IMG/VR virus record: IMGVR_UViG_3300045988_150048
Direction: 5' to 3' (one strand)
DNA: 37,699 nucleotides
Source: a virus
Both the position numbers and the translations under genes were made by a program. Positions 1 through 6,486 of the stretch are shown one piece after another; positions within the stretch are counted from its first letter, which is position 1; every line of letters begins with the position of its first letter. A model generated the notes under the pieces. That model made no database searches. It was not told the origin of the DNA and was given only the letters and a program-made list of their open reading frames with translations.

Positions 1-55
1 GACAGCAGTTGCCACTATAGGTACTGCGGTAGCTATGGGAGATGTAAATTGGGTA
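1..55. repeat. Terminal overlap copy 1 (identical to 37645..37699)
   Basis: Exact 55-nt identity read directly: gacagcagttgccactataggtactgcggtagctatgggagatgtaaattgggta. Confidence 0.97.
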
Positions 56-148
56 ATGGTTGCGTCAGCGGCGGCATTAGCAGGCGTACTGTCGTTGCTG
101 ACATCAGTTGCGACGGGATTGCCGGAAGTGAATAACGAAAAGGAGTGA
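1..148 (+). CDS. Holin, r1t-type, 3' portion (continues from 37592..37699 across the circular junction); stop TGA at 146-148
   Basis: Frame 2 reads ..TAVATIGTAVAMGDVNWVMVASAAALAGVLSLLTSVATGLPEVNNEKE*. Joined product is 66 aa with two hydrophobic helices and the motif RAIKTIAQT typical of r1t-family holins. It sits directly upstream of the amidase. Confidence 0.8.
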   Translation, partial: TAVATIGTAVAMGDVNWVMVASAAALAGVLSLLTSVATGLPEVNNEKE

Positions 149-154
149 TGATTT

Positions 155-967
155 ATGCGAATTGGTATAAACTGCGGACACACTGTAAGTGGCACAGTCG
201 GTTGCGGTGCAGTCGGGTACATAGATGAAAGCGTAGAGGCTCGCAAAGTCGGATACGTTCTCGAAAATTTGTTAAAATGTGCAGGTCATACGGTGTATGA
301 CTGCACCAACGACCATGCTGCTACGGTTGTAGAAAACCTAAGTAATATTGTAAATATGGCAAATGCACAGCCACTTGACTTGTTTGTATCAATTCACTTT
401 AACAGTGGCGGTGGGCAAGGCACAGAGGTATGGACTTACGGTGGTAAAAAGTTTGATGAGGCAACAAATACTTGTAAGGCGATAAGTGAATTAGGTTTTA
501 AAAACAGAGGTATTAAAGACGGCTCTAAGTTGTATGTGGTACATCGCAGTGACGCAAAAGCTATGCTTGTTGAAGTGTGTTTTGTAGATACAGAGGACGC
601 AGAAAAATACAAAAAAATCGGTGCGGCAGAGTTCGCAAAAGCAATTTTCAAAGGAATAACAGGGCAGGAAACAGAAAGCGAGGATTTAACAATGTCACAA
701 TATACAGAATTGAAATCATTAATCGAAAAACAGGCGGCGGAAATTGCCGAATTAAAAGACGTAAATAAACAGTTGGTAAACGTAGTACAAACTACTATGA
801 TTTACGACTACAACGATAATAATATGCCGCCTTGGGCAAGACCAGCAGTCCAATCCGCAATGGATTGCGGAGCGGTACAGGGTGATGAGAACGGCAGATT
901 AGGTTTATCCTACAAAGATTTACGTGCCATTGTACGTGAATATCGTTGCGGACTGTACAATAAATAG
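155..967 (+). CDS. Endolysin: N-acetylmuramoyl-L-alanine amidase (Amidase_3) with a C-terminal coiled-coil plus SLH-like wall-binding module
   Basis: Motifs GINCGHT..G..E, DLFVSIHFNS and MLVEVCFVD match the Amidase_3 pattern. RBS aaggag lies upstream. The C-terminal YDYNDNNMPPWARPAVQSAMDCGAVQG motif is shared with ORF 28585..29415. Confidence 0.9.
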   Translation: MRIGINCGHTVSGTVGCGAVGYIDESVEARKVGYVLENLLKCAGHTVYDCTNDHAATVVENLSNIVNMANAQPLDLFVSIHFNSGGGQGTEVWTYGGKKFDEATNTCKAISELGFKNRGIKDGSKLYVVHRSDAKAMLVEVCFVDTEDAEKYKKIGAAEFAKAIFKGITGQETESEDLTMSQYTELKSLIEKQAAEIAELKDVNKQLVNVVQTTMIYDYNDNNMPPWARPAVQSAMDCGAVQGDENGRLGLSYKDLRAIVREYRCGLYNK

Positions 968-980
968 GACATATAAAAAT

Positions 981-1006
981 AGGTGGCTACGTGCCACCTA
1001 TTTTTT
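981..1006. terminator. Bidirectional rho-independent terminator between convergent genes
   Basis: Stem aggtggc/gccacct with a 5-nt loop, flanked by an A-run upstream and a T-run downstream. Confidence 0.8.
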
Positions 1007-1184
1007 ATTTTAAATTATAGTCGTGTTTTAATACTTTCAAAATCAGGTCTTCCGCCCAAATAGGCGGTTGAGCCTTTCCTGTTTCCCAATTTTGCAGAGT
1101 TCTAACAGGGATACTATAAATCACTTCCATATCCTTTTGTGTCAGTCCGGCTGCAAGTCGGGCTTGCTTAATCTTGCTATCCAT
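1005..1184 (-). CDS. Small XRE-type HTH DNA-binding protein (59 aa), last gene of a three-gene operon; Aca-like or antitoxin-like
   Basis: MDSKIKQARLAAGLTQKDM..IPVRTLQNWETGKAQPP is an HTH_3-like motif. RBS GGAG lies 8 nt upstream of ATG 1184. The ORF-track start at 1220 is a likely over-extension. Confidence 0.75.
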   Translation of the reverse strand: MDSKIKQARLAAGLTQKDMEVIYSIPVRTLQNWETGKAQPPIWAEDLILKVLKHDYNLK

Positions 1185-1189
1185 TTTTA

Positions 1190-1477
1190 TCACTCCTTTT
1201 TTGAGTGATACCCTGTCCAAAATGACATCCTCATATTTGTAGGAACAGGGGTATGCATCATTTCGTCCATTTCATCAACACTTAAACTGTCCATCATATC
1301 CCCGATTTCTGTATTTAATTCCTCTGAAATATATGGCATAGTTCTTTTAATCATTGTTGTAATGCTCCGCATTGGGAACATGTCACATTGGTTTTTAAAA
1401 GGGTCATTAAACCCTTTTAACTGGGTTAATTGGGCATAAACACTGCCCATAGCTTGTAAATTTTCACTTGTGTACAT
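1190..1477 (-). CDS. Hypothetical protein, 95 aa, Met-rich and acidic at the C-terminus
   Basis: ORF with RBS aaggaag. Its stop lies 5 nt from the start of the next gene. I recognise no motif. Confidence 0.6.
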   Translation of the reverse strand: MYTSENLQAMGSVYAQLTQLKGFNDPFKNQCDMFPMRSITTMIKRTMPYISEELNTEIGDMMDSLSVDEMDEMMHTPVPTNMRMSFWTGYHSKKE

Positions 1478-1502
1478 TTTTCTTCAACTTCCTTTCTTTA
1501 TT

Positions 1503-1525
1503 CCCCTGTCACTGAATGACAGGGG
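1503..1525 (-). other. Intercistronic 9-bp GC-rich hairpin (cccctgtca/tgacagggg)
   Basis: Perfect 9-bp stem with a 5-nt loop between genes 1538..1825 and 1190..1477. No U-tract follows on the minus strand, so it is more likely an RNA processing or stability element than a strong terminator. Confidence 0.45.
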
Positions 1526-1537
1526 ATATGTTGTTAA

Positions 1538-1825
1538 TTAATCTTCATCAACGTCTTTAGCTGTAAAATCAAAATAGTATTTTATCTTGACATCATTTTC
1601 GTTATATATACTTATATCATCTCTTGTCCACTCAATATATTCGCCTTTCTCAATGTTTTCTTTCATAACATCTGTAAGATAATTTATAGCAATAATTATT
1701 GCATCTTCGGGTGTTTCGGCTTCGATGTAGTCACCGACAAAATCGTAAGAGATGTTTTCCCAAGGCTCTTCGCCTGCACATTGTGCCTCGTTACCTACTC
1801 TGTTTTCAACTTGAAATCGTTTCAT
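1538..1825 (-). CDS. Hypothetical strongly acidic protein, 95 aa, first gene of the operon
   Basis: RBS AGGAGG lies 7 nt upstream. About 27 D/E against about 9 K/R by eye. No recognisable enzymatic motif. Confidence 0.65.
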   Translation of the reverse strand: MKRFQVENRVGNEAQCAGEEPWENISYDFVGDYIEAETPEDAIIIAINYLTDVMKENIEKGEYIEWTRDDISIYNENDVKIKYYFDFTAKDVDED

Positions 1826-1891
1826 TGTTTTGTCCTCCTAAATATTATTAAATATGTTCATTATTGAGGCTTTCCCTCATTTCTTGTCTAT

Positions 1892-1920
1892 ATTATAACA
1901 CCAAATTGGTGGGTTGTCAA
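1892..1920 (-). promoter_or_regulatory. Consensus sigma-A promoter for the minus-strand operon, with an embedded palindromic operator
   Basis: On the minus strand: TTGACA (1920..1915), a 17-nt spacer, then TGtTATAAT (-10 at 1897..1892). An A/T-tract UP-like region lies at 1921..1965. Confidence 0.8.
1899..1911. promoter_or_regulatory. 13-bp perfect palindrome CACCAA-A-TTGGTG inside the promoter spacer (candidate operator)
   Basis: Read directly. It sits between the -35 and -10 elements of the consensus promoter. Confidence 0.6.
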
Positions 1921-2014
1921 TAGCTTTTTCAAAAAAATTTAAAAAATTTTTTATTTTTTTTCATAAATAGCAATGTAATTATGCACAAAAATTTAATTAT
2001 ATTTTGGTATAAAA

Positions 2015-2031
2015 TATATAGTCGTATCTAT
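2015..2031 (+). repeat. 17-bp direct repeat copy 1 (TATATAGTCGTATCTAT), abutting TATAAT at 2032..2037
   Basis: Exact 17-mer present three times: 2015, 2258 and 2324. Confidence 0.9.
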
Positions 2032-2071
2032 TATAATGTGATATACTAAAATAAAAAAAGGAGTGGATATA

Positions 2072-2254
2072 ATGGCATATTCAGAGGCAAAGAAAAAAGC
2101 AACAATAAAATATCAAAAAAAAACATATGATAGAATTGAATTAAAAGTAAAGAAAGGTGAAAAAGAAAAGATAAAAGCAAGAGCAGCAGAGCTGGGAATT
2201 AGCGTAAATACGTATATGATAGAATTGATAAAAAAAGATTTGGAAGAGATATGA
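2072..2254 (+). CDS. Ribbon-helix-helix (Arc/CopG-like) DNA-binding protein, 60 aa
   Basis: MAYSEAKKKATIKYQKKTYDRIELKVKKGEKEKIKARAAELGISVNTYM matches the RHH beta-strand/helix pattern. RBS aaggag lies upstream of ATG 2072. Confidence 0.7.
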   Translation: MAYSEAKKKATIKYQKKTYDRIELKVKKGEKEKIKARAAELGISVNTYMIELIKKDLEEI

Positions 2255-2257
2255 ATA

Positions 2258-2274
2258 TATATAGTCGTATCTAT
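2258..2274 (+). repeat. 17-bp direct repeat copy 2
   Basis: Exact copy, 4 nt after the RHH stop codon. Confidence 0.9.
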
Positions 2275-2319
2275 ACAAAGTGTACAGATTTACGGTTGTA
2301 TATTTGTAAATAATGCCTA

Positions 2320-2348
2320 TTGATATATAGTCGTATCTATATTATAAT
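2320..2348 (+). promoter_or_regulatory. Sigma-A promoter for the small gene 2408..2554
   Basis: TTGATA, 17 nt, TATAAT. The spacer is occupied by repeat copy 3. Confidence 0.65.
2324..2340 (+). repeat. 17-bp direct repeat copy 3, filling a promoter spacer
   Basis: Exact copy lying between TTGATA (2320..2325) and TATAAT (2343..2348). Confidence 0.9.
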
Positions 2349-2407
2349 ATAATCAAGAGGTGAGGGAAACCAAACCCAAGACGGCAAGTGTCAGAAAGGA
2401 GTACAAA

Positions 2408-2554
2408 ATGCAAGAGATTATGACAGACAAGCAAATCGAAATCATTCTCAATCTTGTAGCTGACAAATTTTCAGCCTGCAAGGATATGGCGGAAGTCAAG
2501 AAAGCCATATCAGAAGTAAGAGAAATGGCGAAAAAAGAAAAGCCTGCCGAGTAA
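2408..2554 (+). CDS. Hypothetical small helical protein, 48 aa
   Basis: RBS aaaggag lies 7 nt before ATG 2408 (MQEIMTDKQIEIILNLV..) and a strong terminator follows. The ORF-track start at 2360 is a probable over-extension. Confidence 0.55.
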   Translation: MQEIMTDKQIEIILNLVADKFSACKDMAEVKKAISEVREMAKKEKPAE

Positions 2555-2579
2555 GCAGACTTAACAAAAAAACATCTAT

Positions 2580-2614
2580 GAACAGTGGAACTTGCCTCCA
2601 CTGTTCTTTTTTTT
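2580..2614 (+). terminator. Rho-independent terminator
   Basis: 10-bp stem gaacagtgga/tccactgttc, 7-nt loop, T8 run. Confidence 0.85.
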
Positions 2615-2731
2615 ATTATAGCATAAAAATCAGAAATTGCAATAGTTTTTATCAACTGTTTTGGTAGGGGCAATATTAAACATCTGTATTAACCGAGGTT
2701 GAATGATATGCCGAAATGGGCAAAATAAAAA

Positions 2732-4156
2732 TCAGACGAAGTTCCAATAGATATAAATATCATCATCATCTACTTCAATTCTGTTGATTAATGATGTTAT
2801 AACTTTAACTTTTTCCGTAAATTCTCCGTTGTCTAAGATGTTGGATATACCGGATAATCTTTTCTTTGCATCTTCGGCTGAAATTAATGGTTTGTGTTCG
2901 TTAATCGCATTCATTTCTGATTCTATACGTTTTTTGTCGGTATTTAGTGCAGTGATTTTCTTTGCCACAAAGTCAATATCAATTCCGTCTATGCTATACA
3001 AATCAGTTAGCTTATTCATTTGTTTTTCTATTTCTTTGATTCTTTTTTTATAGAATTCTTTTTTTTCTGTGATGTTATTGTTTGATTGGTTTAGTTTAAT
3101 AATATTATCAACTTCGGCTGGATTTGCCACTAATGCTTTTATTTCATCAATTACTGCTTTATCCAATACGTCCATAGTCCATATTTTATTTTTACAACTT
3201 TTATCTCGGACCATATTTTTATATGAACTACGACTATAACATTGATATTTATTATAATAATATACTTTGCTGCCCTTTTCGTATCGGCGAACTCTTTTAA
3301 AATATCTTGCACCGCATTTTTTGCACCATAGAATACCTGCGAGCAAAGATGTTCTGTTAAATGCATTACGATAATGGGGATTATTTTCGGCTCTTATTTT
3401 CAATTTGGTCTGTACCTTATCAAATACTTCTTGAGATATAATTGCTTCGTGTTGCCCCTTGTACAGCTCGTCACGGCAATGTGTCCATCCGGCATAAAGA
3501 GGATTTGTCAACATCTTTCTGATTCGGTGATCATACTTGAATTTCTCTGAAAATACTGATAATTTAGCCGCTATTCCCATCATAGTCATATCATCTTCCA
3601 AAAATAGACGATATGCTTCCTTTATCAATTCGGCTTCTTCTTTGTTTATTATAAGTTGACCGTCAATATAATCATACCCTGTTGGTGCTCCGCCTCCGTG
3701 ATGTAGTCCTTCCTTTGCTCTTGCATCTTTTCCCATTATGGAACGTTCTCTGAATTGTTCACGTTCCAACTGTGCAAATACTGATAATATACCAATCATA
3801 GCACGTCCGAAGGGTGTTGATGTATCAAAATTTTCTGTTATAGATGCAAAATTGACATTATTTTTTATAAATACATCTTCGATTAAAAAAAGTGTATCTT
3901 TTTGTGAACGGCTTAGGCGGTCTAATTTATAGACTAATACCATATCTATTTTACCGTCAGCAACATCTGATATTAATTGTTGCATTCCGGGGCGGTCAGT
4001 ATTTGCACCGGAAAAGCCTGCGTCAGTATATGTTTTATATAAAATCCAACCTTTAGCGGCACAATAATTTTTTAGACGTTCTACTTGCTCGCCGATCGAA
4101 TAACCCTCTCGTGCTTGCTCTTGGGTAGAAACTCTTGAATATATTCCGACTTTCAT
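2732..4156 (-). CDS. int: Large serine recombinase (phage integrase)
   Basis: N-terminal resolvase motif MKVGIYSRVSTQEQ..GYSI..Q. Also a recombinase domain, a Cys-rich zinc-ribbon (CKKCGARY..YQCYSRS..C) and a C-terminal coiled coil. 474 aa. Confidence 0.92.
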   Translation of the reverse strand: MKVGIYSRVSTQEQAREGYSIGEQVERLKNYCAAKGWILYKTYTDAGFSGANTDRPGMQQLISDVADGKIDMVLVYKLDRLSRSQKDTLFLIEDVFIKNNVNFASITENFDTSTPFGRAMIGILSVFAQLEREQFRERSIMGKDARAKEGLHHGGGAPTGYDYIDGQLIINKEEAELIKEAYRLFLEDDMTMMGIAAKLSVFSEKFKYDHRIRKMLTNPLYAGWTHCRDELYKGQHEAIISQEVFDKVQTKLKIRAENNPHYRNAFNRTSLLAGILWCKKCGARYFKRVRRYEKGSKVYYYNKYQCYSRSSYKNMVRDKSCKNKIWTMDVLDKAVIDEIKALVANPAEVDNIIKLNQSNNNITEKKEFYKKRIKEIEKQMNKLTDLYSIDGIDIDFVAKKITALNTDKKRIESEMNAINEHKPLISAEDAKKRLSGISNILDNGEFTEKVKVITSLINRIEVDDDDIYIYWNFV

Positions 4157-4170
4157 AAAAGCATCACTCC

Positions 4171-4566
4171 CTAAATATTGCCCTTTACTCTATGTATTCT
4201 TATTGTATTTTTTATAAAATCTTCCGTGACATTGAAATATTCAGCTAACTGCCATATTTCAGTATATCCCATTTCAAATGCTGCCAATAGTTTGTCCGCC
4301 GGAATCAATTCTTGTACTGCCCAGCGTGTTGCTTTTTCTTCCATACGCTGTCGTGTTTCATATTTTGAATCAATTTTGTAAAATGAACCTGTTTCGTGGT
4401 GCCCTAATTCATGTGAATACGCATCTATCAATTCAGGCATTGTATGAATCATTAACGGATTTAATGCAATAGCACCGGGTATGGACAATGCTTTAATTGC
4501 TCGCATTGAAAAAAAATCGACGTCTATATTATGTTGTATTGCATATTGATTGAGTTGATTTAGCAT
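4171..4566 (-). CDS. ImmA/IrrE-family zinc metalloprotease (anti-repressor protease)
   Basis: HEXXH motif (SHELGHHETG). Sits in the repressor operon upstream of int, as in immR-immA-int arrangements. Confidence 0.8.
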   Translation of the reverse strand: MLNQLNQYAIQHNIDVDFFSMRAIKALSIPGAIALNPLMIHTMPELIDAYSHELGHHETGSFYKIDSKYETRQRMEEKATRWAVQELIPADKLLAAFEMGYTEIWQLAEYFNVTEDFIKNTIRIHRVKGNI

Positions 4567-4588
4567 TATTTGTCCTCCGATTTGATGC

Positions 4589-5707
4589 TTATTTCAAATT
4601 TAAAAATTTAACAAATTCATTAATTTCATTTACTTTATATCCTTTTTCATGCCAATATCGTACACGATTATTATTTTTATTTAAACTACCGGCTATAATT
4701 GCATATTTTGCATTTTTAGCAGCTGATTTATAACATTTGCCACCGTTTTCAATGCACTTCTTTTCGATGATACCTCTGAAAGTATCAGATATGTTATCAT
4801 TGTCAATAGTTCCAGTGGTGTCTAAAAAACAACGGTAAGCATCATTTGTTAATTCATCATATTTAGGAATGACACAATCAATATAATAATTAAAAAAATC
4901 AAGGTATATTCTTGAACATATTAAGCAATCATTCAGTGCATCATGTGATGAAATGTGTATATTATAGTATTTTTTTATTGTGCTTAATTTATAATCGGGT
5001 AACGAAAGTATGTCTTTAGCATAATCAAGCGTGTCGTGCACGTTATTACGCAAAATATTCATTCCCGTACAATTTAATGCGGTTTGCAAAAATTTCATAT
5101 CAAAAGCTGAATTATGTGCCACTAAATCATAATCACCAACAAATTCAACGAATTGTGGCAATACCACTGATATGTCCGGAGCAGATGCAACGGTTGATGC
5201 GTAGATATGATTAACTTTAGATGCACTTTTTGAAATTGGAACATTAGGTTTGACATATGTAGAAAAACGTGCTGTTTCTACTCCATCTATGTATTTGATT
5301 GCACCTATCTGTATTATCTCATCATATGAAGCGTCAAGTCCTGTTGTTTCTAAATCGAAAACTACAAACGTATTGATACACTCTTCGGGTGTATTATAAA
5401 AATTGATTACTTCCTTCTTGACGTTTTTTATACCTGGGTTAGGTTGTTTGACCGTCACCTCCGAGGGTGGTGAAAACGTACCCGTTTCAAGTTGTTCTGC
5501 GATATTGCGTTGTTTTTTTGCAACACAAAACAAAAAAATGGAGAATATAATTCCAAGGAGTCCTGCAAAAGGTATAACTAAGCATAATAATAAACTAAGC
5601 AAACATAATAATATGCTTAAAATTAAAGTAATAATCGAAAATGATTTTATGGTGGTTGGTGGATATTCCCATATTTTTTTTGTAAATAAATTTTTTTCAT
5701 TTTTCAT
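4589..5707 (-). CDS. Membrane-anchored DEDDh 3'-5' exonuclease (DnaQ/epsilon-like) with a C-terminal BRCT-like domain
   Basis: N-terminal hydrophobic segment of about 45 aa, consistent with two TM helices. Exo I FDLETTGL, Exo II HNSAFDMKFL, Exo III HDALNDC. The C-terminal AKYAIIAG..KGYKV..EFVKFL resembles BRCT. Confidence 0.8.
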   Translation of the reverse strand: MKNEKNLFTKKIWEYPPTTIKSFSIITLILSILLCLLSLLLCLVIPFAGLLGIIFSIFLFCVAKKQRNIAEQLETGTFSPPSEVTVKQPNPGIKNVKKEVINFYNTPEECINTFVVFDLETTGLDASYDEIIQIGAIKYIDGVETARFSTYVKPNVPISKSASKVNHIYASTVASAPDISVVLPQFVEFVGDYDLVAHNSAFDMKFLQTALNCTGMNILRNNVHDTLDYAKDILSLPDYKLSTIKKYYNIHISSHDALNDCLICSRIYLDFFNYYIDCVIPKYDELTNDAYRCFLDTTGTIDNDNISDTFRGIIEKKCIENGGKCYKSAAKNAKYAIIAGSLNKNNNRVRYWHEKGYKVNEINEFVKFLNLK

Positions 5708-5778
5708 TAGTGCATTTCCCCCTTTTTTATATATTCCTTTGTGTTGCAGTTCGGTAAATCAAAACAAGCAGTTTAATA

Positions 5779-6102
5779 TTATTCTTGTCGTTGTGATTTT
5801 TTAAATTTAACATATGACAGAATGTCCTGTTTTTCGTCATCTGTTAAATCGTGTATCTCACCGTATAATGCGAATTCAATTCCACTTAACTGTTCGTCTA
5901 AAGTATTTGCTTTTTTTTCTTCCCCAACTAAAAAATCAACAGTTACATCAAAATAATTAGCCAATTTTTTTATAATGTCAATACTGGGTTCACTATCTCC
6001 ACGTTCATATTTAACATATGTTGTTCTGTCTACGCCAAGATACTTTGCTACATCCTTTTGATATACACCTTTTTTTGTTCGCAATTCCCTAAGGATATTC
6101 AT
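5779..6102 (-). CDS. CI-like XRE-family repressor
   Basis: MNILRELRTKKGVYQKDVAKYLGVDRTTYVKYERG is an HTH_3 motif. RBS GAGGTG precedes ATG 6102. It is divergent from the Cro-like gene across an operator region. Confidence 0.88.
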   Translation of the reverse strand: MNILRELRTKKGVYQKDVAKYLGVDRTTYVKYERGDSEPSIDIIKKLANYFDVTVDFLVGEEKKANTLDEQLSGIEFALYGEIHDLTDDEKQDILSYVKFKKSQRQE

Positions 6103-6120
6103 GATAATCACCTCAAAAAC

Positions 6121-6149
6121 ATTATATGTGAAAAAACTTCACATAGCAA
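6121..6149 (-). promoter_or_regulatory. Leftward (repressor operon) promoter
   Basis: On the minus strand: TTGCTA (6149..6144), 17 nt, TATAAT (6126..6121). Operator O1 fills the spacer. Confidence 0.7.
6128..6142. promoter_or_regulatory. Operator O1 (gtgaaaaaacttcac; GTGA-N7-TCAC)
   Basis: One of four 15-bp inverted-repeat sites in the switch region. Confidence 0.75.
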
Positions 6150-6155
6150 GATAAA

Positions 6156-6170
6156 GTGAAGAAAATTCAC
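6156..6170. promoter_or_regulatory. Operator O2 (gtgaagaaaattcac)
   Basis: Same GTGA-N7-TCAC architecture, located between the two promoters. Confidence 0.75.
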
Positions 6171-6188
6171 CTATTTTTCGAAAAAGTC

Positions 6189-6217
6189 TTGACAAGTGAG
6201 AAAACTTCACTTATAAT
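6189..6217 (+). promoter_or_regulatory. Rightward early (lytic) promoter
   Basis: TTGACA (6189..6194), 17 nt, TATAAT (6212..6217). Operator O3 fills the spacer. Confidence 0.85.
6196..6210. promoter_or_regulatory. Operator O3 (gtgagaaaacttcac)
   Basis: GTGA-N7-TCAC within the spacer of the rightward promoter. Confidence 0.75.
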
Positions 6218-6228
6218 ATAAATCACAA

Positions 6229-6243
6229 GTGAAGGAACATCAC
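6229..6243. promoter_or_regulatory. Operator O4 (gtgaaggaacatcac)
   Basis: GTGA-N7-TCAC just downstream of the rightward -10 element, in the cro leader. Confidence 0.65.
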
Positions 6244-6261
6244 TTTAGGGAGGTGAGAAGA

Positions 6262-6441
6262 ATGAACAATTTAAAAATGTTACGAGAAAAAGCAAATTTG
6301 ACACAAGAAAGTCTTGCAAAGTTAATCAATGTCGATAGGTCAACCATCGCGAAGTGGGAAACAGGCGAAGCATCGCCAAGAAGTGATAAGTTGCCGACAC
6401 TTGCGAATGTATTGAATTGTACAATAGACGACTTATTTTAA
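6262..6441 (+). CDS. Cro-like XRE-family HTH regulator, 59 aa
   Basis: MNNLKMLREKANLTQESLAKLINVDRSTIAKWETG. RBS gggaggtg lies upstream of ATG 6262. The ORF-track GTG start at 6229 overlaps operator O4 and is unlikely. Confidence 0.85.
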   Translation: MNNLKMLREKANLTQESLAKLINVDRSTIAKWETGEASPRSDKLPTLANVLNCTIDDLF

Positions 6442-6450
6442 AAATAATCT

Positions 6451-6486
6451 GCTGGCATATGCCAGCCACTCTGTTTTTGTTTTTTG
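6451..6486 (+). terminator. Putative terminator directly after the cro-like gene
   Basis: 16-nt perfect palindrome gctggcatatgccagc followed 7 nt later by tttttgtttttt. The gap between stem and U-run lowers confidence. Confidence 0.5.

Noticed and set aside
1-55. The terminal 55-nt repeat as a biological direct terminal repeat, an LTR, or att duplication.
   Set aside because: It lies inside the holin coding sequence and joins the two halves in frame. Its length equals a common assembler k-mer. An assembly overlap of a circular contig is the simplest explanation.
2015-2340. The three 17-bp repeats as a mini CRISPR array.
   Set aside because: There are only three copies, with very unequal spacing (226 and 49 bp). 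One spacer is a coding gene with an RBS. The repeats coincide with promoter elements. No cas genes are present.
2353-2673. 106-aa minus-strand ORF overlapping the 48-aa plus-strand gene.
   Set aside because: It has no RBS and a hydrophobic low-complexity translation, and it spans the plus-strand terminator hairpin. The plus-strand ORF has a promoter, an RBS and a terminator.
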